A stretch of 63,223 bases of DNA, taken from positions 1 through 63,223 of the forward strand of contig JAIFWI010000006.1 in NCBI GenBank assembly GCA_019661945.1. Direction: 5' to 3'. The stretch comes from Candidatus Parcubacteria bacterium. GTDB taxonomy: Bacteria; Patescibacteriota; Minisyncoccia; Phycocordibacterales; JAKAEA01. Both the position numbers and the translations under genes were made by a program. Below the pieces are notes generated by a model. The model was not told where the DNA came from. It was given only the letters and a program-made list of their open reading frames with translations, and did no database searches. The first letter of the stretch is position 1. Each line of letters opens with the position of its first letter. Positions 17,561 through 24,496 of this stretch are shown in pieces.

Positions 17561-17728
17561 ATCCACTACATAATTCTCTAGACAAGACTTTTAATATAAA
17601 AATTAAAAGCTAAACGTTTCCCTAAGGATAACCACAGTAACGTTTACCGAGGTAAAGAACCATAGTGTCCTCGAAAAAACGCTATGAAGCCTGGAAGGGC
17701 CTGTTGTCTAGAGAATTATTGAGTGGAT
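17561..17728. repeat. 168-bp unit bounded by 25-nt imperfect inverted repeats (MITE-like or long-stem RNA)
   Basis: atccactacataattctctagacaa (17561-17585) versus ttgtctagagaattattgagtggat (17704-17728), with 23/25 complementary. Lies in a 389-bp non-coding gap. Confidence 0.5.
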
Positions 17729-17844
17729 TCTCTTGCTGTTAAAAGCACTAGTATCTTATCACATATATTTTTATATGTCAATCTGAAGCATTGATCGCTG
17801 CTTCGATATGTGGCCTCATTTCGTCTCTGAAATTATGATAGAAT

Positions 17845-18855
17845 ATGACCATGGAAGAGACACCTATACCAGAAGAAGGAGTGTTTTTGGACTCAACCCT
17901 GCGGCCGGACCGTTGGGATGATTACATTGGCCAGAAAACTATTAAGGATAATCTTCATATACTCCTAACCGCTGCTCAAGAACGCAAAACTGTGCCTGAG
18001 CACATTCTCTTTTATGGACCTCCTGGACTTGGAAAAACGACCCTGGCCCATCTCATAGCCAAGGAAATGAATACTCAGATGAAAGTGACCTCGGGTCCGG
18101 CTATAGAAAAAGTTGGAGACTTGGCTTCGGTCCTGACAAACCTTTCTCCCGGCGATATTCTTTTTATAGATGAAATTCACCGTTTAAATAAGGCTATTGA
18201 AGAAGTGCTCTATCCAGCTATGGAATCGGGCAAACTTGATATCATTATCGGCAAAGGCCCATCGGCAAGAACGATTCAACTCGATCTACCACCATTTACA
18301 TTAATTGCAGCTACAACACGTATTGCTCTTCTCTCCTCGCCGCTTCGCTCACGATTTTCTGGAGGAGTATTCCGTTTGGAATTTTATTCTCATGATGAAA
18401 TAGAAGAAATTGTCCGCCGATCTGCAAAGATTTTAGGAATAACGTTATCAAAAAAAGCAGCTGAGGAAATTGCTAAGCGCTCACGCTTCACTCCGCGTAC
18501 CGCAAATTATTTTTTGAAACGTGTCCGTGATTATGCTCAGGTTCATAAGAAAGAATTGGATCACGCAGCTGTACACGAAGCCTTAGAGATGCTCGGTGTT
18601 GATCATAAAGGCTTAACTCAATCAGACCGGACAATTTTGGAAACTATTATTCAAAAATATAATGGTGGGCCGGTAGGATTGAATACCATTGCTGCTTCCC
18701 TTTCCGAAGAACAAGCCACCATTGAAGAATTCAATGAACCCTATCTTATTCAAATGGGACTGATTGAACGCACACCGCGTGGCCGAACTGCTACGACTGA
18801 TGCCTACTCACACTTAGGTATGAATCCACCGGAGGAGCAGAATAAACTTTTATAA
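17845..18855 (+). CDS. ruvB: Holliday junction DNA helicase RuvB
   Basis: 336 aa. Walker A GPPGLGKTTLA, Walker B LFIDEIHRL and a sensor region. This is the typical RuvB layout. Confidence 0.95.
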   Translation: MTMEETPIPEEGVFLDSTLRPDRWDDYIGQKTIKDNLHILLTAAQERKTVPEHILFYGPPGLGKTTLAHLIAKEMNTQMKVTSGPAIEKVGDLASVLTNLSPGDILFIDEIHRLNKAIEEVLYPAMESGKLDIIIGKGPSARTIQLDLPPFTLIAATTRIALLSSPLRSRFSGGVFRLEFYSHDEIEEIVRRSAKILGITLSKKAAEEIAKRSRFTPRTANYFLKRVRDYAQVHKKELDHAAVHEALEMLGVDHKGLTQSDRTILETIIQKYNGGPVGLNTIAASLSEEQATIEEFNEPYLIQMGLIERTPRGRTATTDAYSHLGMNPPEEQNKLL

Positions 18856-18863
18856 AAAACAGC

Positions 18864-18888
18864 GGGCACCCCTTTTGAAGGGGTGCCC
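18864..18888. terminator. Bidirectional intrinsic terminator between ruvB and the high-GC ORF
   Basis: gggcacccc ttttgaa ggggtgccc, a perfect 9-bp stem with A/T runs on both sides. Confidence 0.7.
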
Positions 18889-18948
18889 AGGTACGCACTT
18901 GGCGTAAGCGTTGGAACTCTTGGTGAATGAACATGGGCCGCGGGGAGA

Positions 18949-19326
18949 TCAGGCGGGGACGAGATGCTCGCACTCGACACGGGTCTTGGCGTCGATGGTG
19001 ACGTTCAGCTCGCCGTTCGAGTGGATGAGTGCGCCGCGGAGGGTGTAGAAACCCCGCGGCAGCCCCTCGAGCTGTTCGGCGCCGGCGATGGTGGCGGGAC
19101 AATCCGGGATGGGCCCGGTACCGTACTCGGCGACCTGTCGACCCTGGGGAATCTCCGAATTGCAGAACCGGACGTCGGGGCCGTCGGCCGATGGCACGAT
19201 CTGGACCCGACCGATGTCGACACGGCTCTTCTCCCCGTGTTGGACGCCGGCCTCCTGGGCGGCGTAGTGAAGGGCTTCGGGCTGTTCAGAAGTACGCAAT
19301 TCGCGACGTGTGGGCGTGGAGCTCAT
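18949..19326 (-). CDS. Hypothetical protein, compositionally foreign (high GC)
   Basis: 125-aa ORF with RBS AAAGGA upstream of the ATG. 43/60 G+C at 19081-19140. No motif recognised. A mirror ORF on the + strand is judged to be a GC artefact. Confidence 0.5.
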   Translation of the reverse strand: MSSTPTRRELRTSEQPEALHYAAQEAGVQHGEKSRVDIGRVQIVPSADGPDVRFCNSEIPQGRQVAEYGTGPIPDCPATIAGAEQLEGLPRGFYTLRGALIHSNGELNVTIDAKTRVECEHLVPA

Positions 19327-19415
19327 GAGCAGATCCTTTCTCCAAGAGCGTTACCTTACCAAAGATTATACCTCTACCATAAAATTGTAAAGCATTAAGA
19401 TATATCCAAAGAGAA

Positions 19416-19439
19416 AGGGCGACACCGGAGTGTCGCCCT
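19416..19439. terminator. Intrinsic terminator hairpin downstream of the RTX-like ORF
   Basis: agggcgacac cgga gtgtcgccct, a perfect 10-bp stem flanked by T/A runs on both sides. Confidence 0.65.
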
Positions 19440-19489
19440 TCTTTTTTTACATAAAACAGATGTACAGATTACAGATGGGCCGATGTCGA

Positions 19490-20464
19490 TCAGCCCTTGG
19501 TCGGGGGCGGCAGCGTCGGCTCCGACCGCTTGGTCAGGATGTCGACGCTGGTGATGACGATGTTGACGAGGTCGGAGTCCTGGTTGTACCAGAGCTCGTT
19601 CTCGCCATCGCCGCCGTCGATCGTGCCGCGGGGGGTCAGGGGGCGCTGGCCGTCGTAGGGCCGACGGATCTCGAAGAGGTCGTAGTCCTCGCCGCCGACG
19701 AGGGTGTCGGTGCCAGCGCTGAGGTAGAAGTGGTTGTAGCCGTTTCCGCCCCGGACGATGTCGTCACCATCCTCGCCGCCCATGACGTCGCCGCCGTCGC
19801 CACCCTCGATGAGATCGTTGCCGGTCCCGCCGAAGATGAAGTCGTTGCCGGAGGCGCCGTAGAGCTTGTCGTTCCCGGAGCCGCCGTAGAGGTTTGCGTC
19901 GCCGGCGTCGTAGTCCGCGGGTTCGACCGCCCGAAGGATGTCGTTGCCGCTGCCACCGTCGGCGTAGGACCAGACGTCGGGTTCGACGTACTCGCCCCGC
20001 GGGATGTAGACCTGCGGGGCGTCCATGTAGATGGTGTCGCTGCCCGAGCCGCCGTTGACGGACACAGACATCGAACCCTGGACGCTCCGCGGGTCGGTGA
20101 TGAGCACCGCCCCCGCCACCTTCTTGAAGGTGATGGTGTCGTTGCCGCCCTGCCCGGTGATGTAGACCGAGTTGTAGCTCCCGGTCAGGCGCGTGTTGTC
20201 CACCAGCACTTTGTTCACCTCGCGCTTCAGCGCGAGCTGGGGGCCCTTGCGGCCCATGCTCAGGGTGAGCGTGATCTTCTCGGCCGCGGACGTGCCGACG
20301 ATCGAGAGATTGGTCCAGAGCTTGTGGTCGTCCATGACCTGGACGTTGGTGTCGATGCTCAAGGGCGCCGGCGGTGCCGCTGCCATGAGCTGCCTCGACT
20401 CGAGGCCCTCGATGAGGGCGCGCTGGATACAGGCGGTACGACGGGAAAAGATGCTACGCAGCAT
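19490..20464 (-). CDS. Secreted RTX/hemolysin-type calcium-binding repeat protein, compositionally foreign (high GC)
   Basis: 324 aa. Tandem GGxGxD nonapeptides (GGSGNDKLYGASGNDFIFGGTGNDLIEGGDGGDVMGGEDGDD). The N-terminal IEGLESRQLMAA leader is of the LExRxLL type common in planctomycete secreted proteins. 41/60 G+C at 19501-19560. Confidence 0.75.
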   Translation of the reverse strand: MLRSIFSRRTACIQRALIEGLESRQLMAAAPPAPLSIDTNVQVMDDHKLWTNLSIVGTSAAEKITLTLSMGRKGPQLALKREVNKVLVDNTRLTGSYNSVYITGQGGNDTITFKKVAGAVLITDPRSVQGSMSVSVNGGSGSDTIYMDAPQVYIPRGEYVEPDVWSYADGGSGNDILRAVEPADYDAGDANLYGGSGNDKLYGASGNDFIFGGTGNDLIEGGDGGDVMGGEDGDDIVRGGNGYNHFYLSAGTDTLVGGEDYDLFEIRRPYDGQRPLTPRGTIDGGDGENELWYNQDSDLVNIVITSVDILTKRSEPTLPPPTKG

Positions 20465-20564
20465 GGGATGCTCCTTCTCTGTATGGCTACATAGGCGTAG
20501 CCGAGCCAGATTCAGTTCTAAGGCAACCTTCCAAGGCAGCCCTATACCAAATCTTCTGATGGGT

Positions 20565-20593
20565 ATATTATCATATTACTTTACTTTTGTCAA
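20565..20593 (-). promoter_or_regulatory. Sigma70-like promoter upstream of the RTX-like ORF
   Basis: The reverse strand has TTGACA (20588-20593), a 17-nt spacer and TAATAT (20565-20570). RBS GAAGGAG precedes the ATG at 20464. Confidence 0.5.
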
Positions 20594-20815
20594 TATATGT
20601 TTAGTGGTAATCCTGCTTGTGGTTTTTTATGAGTTCAGCTTGTTCAATAGCCTCCTTGGGAGTGTATTCACCTGTTCGCAGGCGCCGACGAATATCATGA
20701 AGTGCCTCTACTTACCCATCATTTGCACCCATGGTCTGGACAACATTTATAGTGTTTAAAACAAAGTTCTCCGGATCTCCAACATTTAGTCCTCCTTCAA
20801 AAGTATTGAGTTTCA

Positions 20816-21193
20816 TTAGATGAGACCAGTGAAATAACTACGGGTAAAAAATGCTATAACAAATCCAATGGCTACAGCCAGTACAAATATTCCAAATGTT
20901 TTAAGACTTTTTATGCGAGAGAGTTCTCGGACAACCAGTCCGCCAATCGGAGCGAGGATAACATATGGCAAGGCCGTAGTGGCAAATCCAAAGCCGCTAA
21001 ATTGTTTGCCGTAGCTGGTGAGGCCCATGAGATCACCGGCAAGTTTTGTGCCGTAATCAATGACATCTTTCGGACCAAAGAAAACCATCAATCCGATGAC
21101 AAAACCAAATGCCAGATTAGTAATAATATTTAAAAGATTTGTGCCCTGATTCATTCCTGGCATTCCGCCCATACCATTTTGAAAAGGATTCAT
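20816..21193 (-). CDS. Hypothetical multi-pass membrane protein
   Basis: 125 aa. G/M/N-rich N-terminus followed by 3-4 hydrophobic helices. Confidence 0.55.
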   Translation of the reverse strand: MNPFQNGMGGMPGMNQGTNLLNIITNLAFGFVIGLMVFFGPKDVIDYGTKLAGDLMGLTSYGKQFSGFGFATTALPYVILAPIGGLVVRELSRIKSLKTFGIFVLAVAIGFVIAFFTRSYFTGLI

Positions 21194-21234
21194 ATGCGCT
21201 CAATAATACACCTGATTAATACTTATGGACAGGC

Positions 21235-21648
21235 TTAGAACTTGTTTCTTCTCTTCTGTCCTCTTTTGATCTGGAAATGATAGTAGAAAAATATAATTAC
21301 TGAAAAACAGAATGTTAAAAGATATACCAAATTCATTGAAAAAGAAATTGCATACCGTAGTAAATTCATTCCCACAAAGAAAACAATCGTAAATCCAATA
21401 ATTTTGTTGAGCGGGTATAATAATCCAATTGGAGATGAATCTAAGGCCCTCTTTGCATTCCGTATCTGTATATATCTTCCAACTAAAATTGCAGAAAAAA
21501 ATATAATGTATATTAATAAGAGTGGGGCCCATGAAAACCTTCCCCACACATCAGTAAGTGTGGCAGAAATAACCAACATGATTACTAATGCAGCGCCGAG
21601 AATAGATACTAACAAAAGAAAAATAATCCTTAACAATGATTTGATCAC
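21235..21648 (-). CDS. Hypothetical multi-pass membrane protein
   Basis: 137 aa with four hydrophobic segments. The overlapping 115-aa ORF (21200..21547) is judged spurious. Confidence 0.55.
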   Translation of the reverse strand: MIKSLLRIIFLLLVSILGAALVIMLVISATLTDVWGRFSWAPLLLIYIIFFSAILVGRYIQIRNAKRALDSSPIGLLYPLNKIIGFTIVFFVGMNLLRYAISFSMNLVYLLTFCFSVIIFFYYHFQIKRGQKRRNKF

Positions 21649-21690
21649 GTTAATACAATTATACTATACCTCAACTATATAGGTAACTAT

Positions 21691-21720
21691 GGTTGGGTCG
21701 GCAGGTGTTAGGGGTCAGGT
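21691..21720 (-). repeat. Array element E1 (divergent copy)
   Basis: The + strand ggttgggtcggcaggtgttaggggtcaggt shares the TTGGGTCGGCAGGTG half with E2-E6. Confidence 0.5.
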
Positions 21721-21741
21721 ATGCTCTATAGAATAAATATC

Positions 21742-22080
21742 TTAAACTTTTGGATGTTTTGCTAAATCATCTAAATAGGCATTGTTTGCCTCAAGTTTAG
21801 ATCGGGCAGATTCTACTTCTGTTGTTTTATTGTGAAGTTCTTCTTTCAGTGCAATAGTCTTTTTCTGAATACGTGAAATGAGAAAGCTTCTGCGTATTGC
21901 ACTTGGAATTGAAACCAGTACCCCAATCAAAATTCCGGTGACTACTGCCGCTATAAGTATTATCGCCAACGATCCGTCAATCTGCCAAGCCAAAAATGTC
22001 ACCGTTATAACCGTGATATTTTGTAAAGCAAAGATTACTGCAAACCCTCCAAGCACCAAACCAATTAAAAGAAATATCAT
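21742..22080 (-). CDS. LapA-domain (DUF1049-like) membrane protein with coiled-coil tail
   Basis: 112 aa. GGFAVIFALQNITVITVTFLAWQIDGSLAIILIAAVVTGILIG matches the two-helix LapA-domain pattern. Confidence 0.55.
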   Translation of the reverse strand: MIFLLIGLVLGGFAVIFALQNITVITVTFLAWQIDGSLAIILIAAVVTGILIGVLVSIPSAIRRSFLISRIQKKTIALKEELHNKTTEVESARSKLEANNAYLDDLAKHPKV

Positions 22081-22120
22081 AACTCATTGTATCACATAGT
22101 AGTTCGAATTCCTTTAGATA

Positions 22121-22154
22121 TGTCGGCAGGTAGATAGTGTTAGAACCTATTTTG
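22121..22154 (-). repeat. Array element E2
   Basis: The + strand is tgtcggcaggtagatagtgttagaacctattttg. It begins directly after the stop of the upstream cassette gene. Confidence 0.6.
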
Positions 22155-23063
22155 CTATTTTCTGATTTTAAAAGACTTACTAAATGCCTGAACAATTGGT
22201 GTTCTATCCTCACTTAGTCCATCCGCTTCATCAATACGAATTTGGTATTGGTCAAATAATTTGCTTGAATCTAAATTAAAATTACTTGTACCGTCACGGA
22301 GTGGTATTTCTCTTGGGTCAAGATACCATGAGAAACGTCCATCACTTGCCTTAACTGATTTTCCACCATTCAACACTATTAGGTTGGTGTAACCATTAGA
22401 ATCTGTGCCCACAATATATATTTGGACCTCCTTCATCCCCTTTGATTGCCACTCGATACTATTCGCTGAATCTACCCGCCATACTTGCCCGGCTTGAGGT
22501 GAAGTAATAGAAATAGAAATTAAATCAGATCTATACCTCAAGGTAAAAACAGCATCGGAGTTACTACAAATATATTGTCCTGTATTTTGTATATCGCCAC
22601 AAACATAAGCAATGTATTTAATATCGGCCATTAATAAAGGACTGTTTTTTACAATATCAGAATGAGTTAAGATGACAGCTCCCCTGTCAACACCGCCATC
22701 CGAAAGAGATTTTGAGATATACGTTGGGGCTTCTTCAAAATTATATCTTTGTACAAAATCATATTGCTTTACAACGATTTGTGGATTTACGAGTGTAACG
22801 TTTGAAAACCATTCAAATTGCATGTGAAAGAAACCATCATCATTTATCGTATAGCTTTCTTCGCCATCTGGTAAACTGACTTTTATTGATGGCAAGGTAG
22901 TAGCAGTCGGAGTATTTGTAGCATTTTTATTAACTGCCTCAGTCTGCAATAATTGATCTGATTTTGTCTTTGCGCCCAGGTAATAGATACTTCCACCTAT
23001 AGTTAGAACTGCAATTAGTAAAAAAACAAGCAGAGGAGTAAAACCTCTTTGTGAGTTTTTCAT
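22155..23063 (-). CDS. Hypothetical secreted/anchored protein
   Basis: Start moved to MKNSQRGFTPLLVFLLIAVLTIGG. This is a pilin-like GFxP(L/I)L anchor without the Glu5 of true pilins. The rest looks beta-rich. Confidence 0.6.
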   Translation of the reverse strand: MKNSQRGFTPLLVFLLIAVLTIGGSIYYLGAKTKSDQLLQTEAVNKNATNTPTATTLPSIKVSLPDGEESYTINDDGFFHMQFEWFSNVTLVNPQIVVKQYDFVQRYNFEEAPTYISKSLSDGGVDRGAVILTHSDIVKNSPLLMADIKYIAYVCGDIQNTGQYICSNSDAVFTLRYRSDLISISITSPQAGQVWRVDSANSIEWQSKGMKEVQIYIVGTDSNGYTNLIVLNGGKSVKASDGRFSWYLDPREIPLRDGTSNFNLDSSKLFDQYQIRIDEADGLSEDRTPIVQAFSKSFKIRK

Positions 23064-23102
23064 ATTGAGATAATTATACCCCATAATTAAATGAGTATAT
23101 AG

Positions 23103-23144
23103 ATGGGCTTGGTTGGGAGCTGGACGGGCTTAGAACCTGTTTTG
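23103..23144 (-). repeat. Array element E3
   Basis: The + strand is atgggcttggttgggagctggacgggcttagaacctgttttg, nearly identical to E6. Confidence 0.7.
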
Positions 23145-23147
23145 TAT

Positions 23148-23577
23148 AAAAAAATAGGCCCCGCTCGTTATTACAAGCGGGGCACCTGGTCAAGCCAGGA
23201 TTTTCGAAAGAACCTTCAGAAAGAGCTGCCGAACTTGTGAGGCGAAGATCCAAGACCTCACCAAGTTCAAAGGGTTGTCCAGAGGGACTGCGTGTCCCTT
23301 GTCGTGTCTATGATTTATTCGGAAGCTAACCCTTCCTAATACCGCCGATAAATCACAGAAACCTAGGCCTGATTGAGAAATAGACAGGCTTTTGCAGATA
23401 ATCAACCAAACTCTGCAGAAGCAATGGATAACCACGATCTTCGCACTTACTTATATCCTCTTCACTGATTAATCATCCATTACAATTCACCAGTGACACA
23501 AATGAGGGGCGAAGAGTCAGACTAGAACCGAACCGGTGCCAGGACCCGCTGACCGAGGGATACCTGCACTGAGCTGT
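23148..23577 (-). ncRNA. Candidate ~430-nt structured non-coding RNA of unknown class
   Basis: Bounded by a consensus promoter and an intrinsic terminator (GCCCCGCUUG UAAUAA CGAGCGGGGC followed by a 7-U run at 23148-23154). The only ORF (81 aa, 23190..23435) is Cys/Leu/Ser-rich and looks like junk. Many local and long-range complementary segments are visible by eye. Confidence 0.6.
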
Positions 23578-23582
23578 GATAG

Positions 23583-23610
23583 ATTATAGCACAGTCATAA
23601 TATTTGTCAA
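23583..23610 (-). promoter_or_regulatory. Consensus sigma70 promoter driving the candidate ncRNA
   Basis: The reverse strand has TTGACA (23605-23610), a 16-nt spacer and TATAAT (23583-23588). Confidence 0.65.
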
Positions 23611-23658
23611 CCTTTTTAGTGTAGTATTAAGAAATACGGCTCAATAGAGCCTTCCATT

Positions 23659-23696
23659 CGCTGGGTCGGGAGATGAACAGAATTAGAACCTACCAG
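23659..23696 (-). repeat. Array element E4
   Basis: The + strand is cgctgggtcgggagatgaacagaattagaacctaccagg. Confidence 0.6.
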
Positions 23697-23746
23697 GTAT
23701 AAATAAAAAAACTTTCGCCTGTTGAGCAAAAGTCTTTGTTTCGTGG

Positions 23747-24280
23747 TTACCTCCGAATCCTACCGTGGTTGAGCATGAAGTCAGGTGGAAAACGGAAAAT
23801 GTCGAGGTCCAACTTCGTTGTTATGCGCTTCCCCTGTTCGTCCACCGTAACTTCAGTCTCCTTGACAACGGCATCGATGATCACACGCCGCATCACTCCA
23901 AAAAATGATTCGATGACCCCATTGATCGTCTCTGATTCTGGCTCTGTATCACTTTCAATAAAGCCCGTAACAAACTCATAATCAGAAAAGGGTTCTTCCT
24001 GACCATCAATGTGATACCAGATCGTGTGCACGATCTCAGATTCAGCACTAGAACCACCTGTAGTGATCTTCCTGCGGCTTGAAGTTGCATTGAAGTCTAG
24101 TGTCACAAAGGGTCGGAAGGCAATGTATCCCACAGCTGCCACACGATCATGGATGTCGAACACGAGCTCCTCTACCCTGCCCTTCTTCTTATTGAGAGAT
24201 TCGAGCAGATGATGCAGCCTAACCGCTCTAGCAAGCCAAGGATCCTTACGGACAAGAGCAATGAACTTGTTCCAGTTCAT
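23747..24280 (-). CDS. Orphan cytosolic protein (177 aa from ATG 24280; 197 aa if the duplicated ATG at 24340 is used)
   Basis: Clean ORF with RBS GAAAGGAA 4 nt upstream of the ATG, and its own promoter (TTGACT..TATAAA at about 24408-24435). A hairpin plus T-run follows at about 23705-23740. No TM segments or known motifs. Confidence 0.65.
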   Translation of the reverse strand: MNWNKFIALVRKDPWLARAVRLHHLLESLNKKKGRVEELVFDIHDRVAAVGYIAFRPFVTLDFNATSSRRKITTGGSSAESEIVHTIWYHIDGQEEPFSDYEFVTGFIESDTEPESETINGVIESFFGVMRRVIIDAVVKETEVTVDEQGKRITTKLDLDIFRFPPDFMLNHGRIRR

Positions 24281-24390
24281 ATCATTCCTTTCTACCCTAT
24301 AGGTAGATGCGGGAATTGGATCTATCAGAGTCCAGTTCATATCATTCCTTTCTACCCTATAGGTAGATGCGGGAATTGGATCTATCAGAG
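24271..24390. repeat. Perfect 2 x 60-bp tandem duplication covering the 5' UTR, RBS and start codon
   Basis: 24271-24330 and 24331-24390 are identical (tccagttcatatcattcctttctaccctataggtagatgcgggaattggatctatcagag). Confidence 0.95.
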
Positions 24391-24443
24391 TCTGACTCTG
24401 ATTTCTGAAGTGTTTATACCATTATCTGCACAATAGTCAATGT

Positions 24444-24480
24444 CTTGGTCGGCACGTGGACACCGTTAGAACCTGTTTTT
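24444..24480 (-). repeat. Array element E5
   Basis: The + strand is cttggtcggcacgtggacaccgttagaacctgttttt. Confidence 0.65.
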
Positions 24481-24496
24481 AAGATTCCAAGCAGAT

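Noticed and set aside
19430-20494. 354-aa + strand ORF, plus 106-aa and other nested ORFs, antisense to the RTX-like gene
   Set aside because: It reads as Ala/Val/Asp/Gly-rich mirror translation typical of high-GC DNA that lacks stop codons. The minus-strand frame carries recognisable GGxGxD repeats, an RBS and a promoter, so the + strand ORF is a shadow.
20712-20714. Stop-codon reassignment (alternative genetic code)
   Set aside because: TAA, TAG and TGA all terminate well-defined conserved genes in this window (for example ruvA TAG, yebC TGA, rpmH TAA). The in-frame TAA in the mini-ORF is better explained as a pseudogene or two peptides.
20193-20759. 188-aa + strand ORF spanning the high-GC/low-GC boundary
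   Set aside because: It runs antisense through the 5' end of the RTX gene and its promoter/leader. Its composition changes mid-ORF, and it has no start signals.
23190-23435. 81-aa ORF inside the candidate ncRNA
   Set aside because: It has no Shine-Dalgarno and an implausible Cys/Leu/Ser/Phe-rich sequence. It starts about 140 nt into a unit that has a perfect promoter and terminator. I treat it as non-coding, but a small protein is not excluded.
24271-24390. Possible CRISPR or minisatellite
   Set aside because: There are only two directly abutting identical 60-bp copies with no spacers, and no cas genes in the window. It is a simple tandem duplication.
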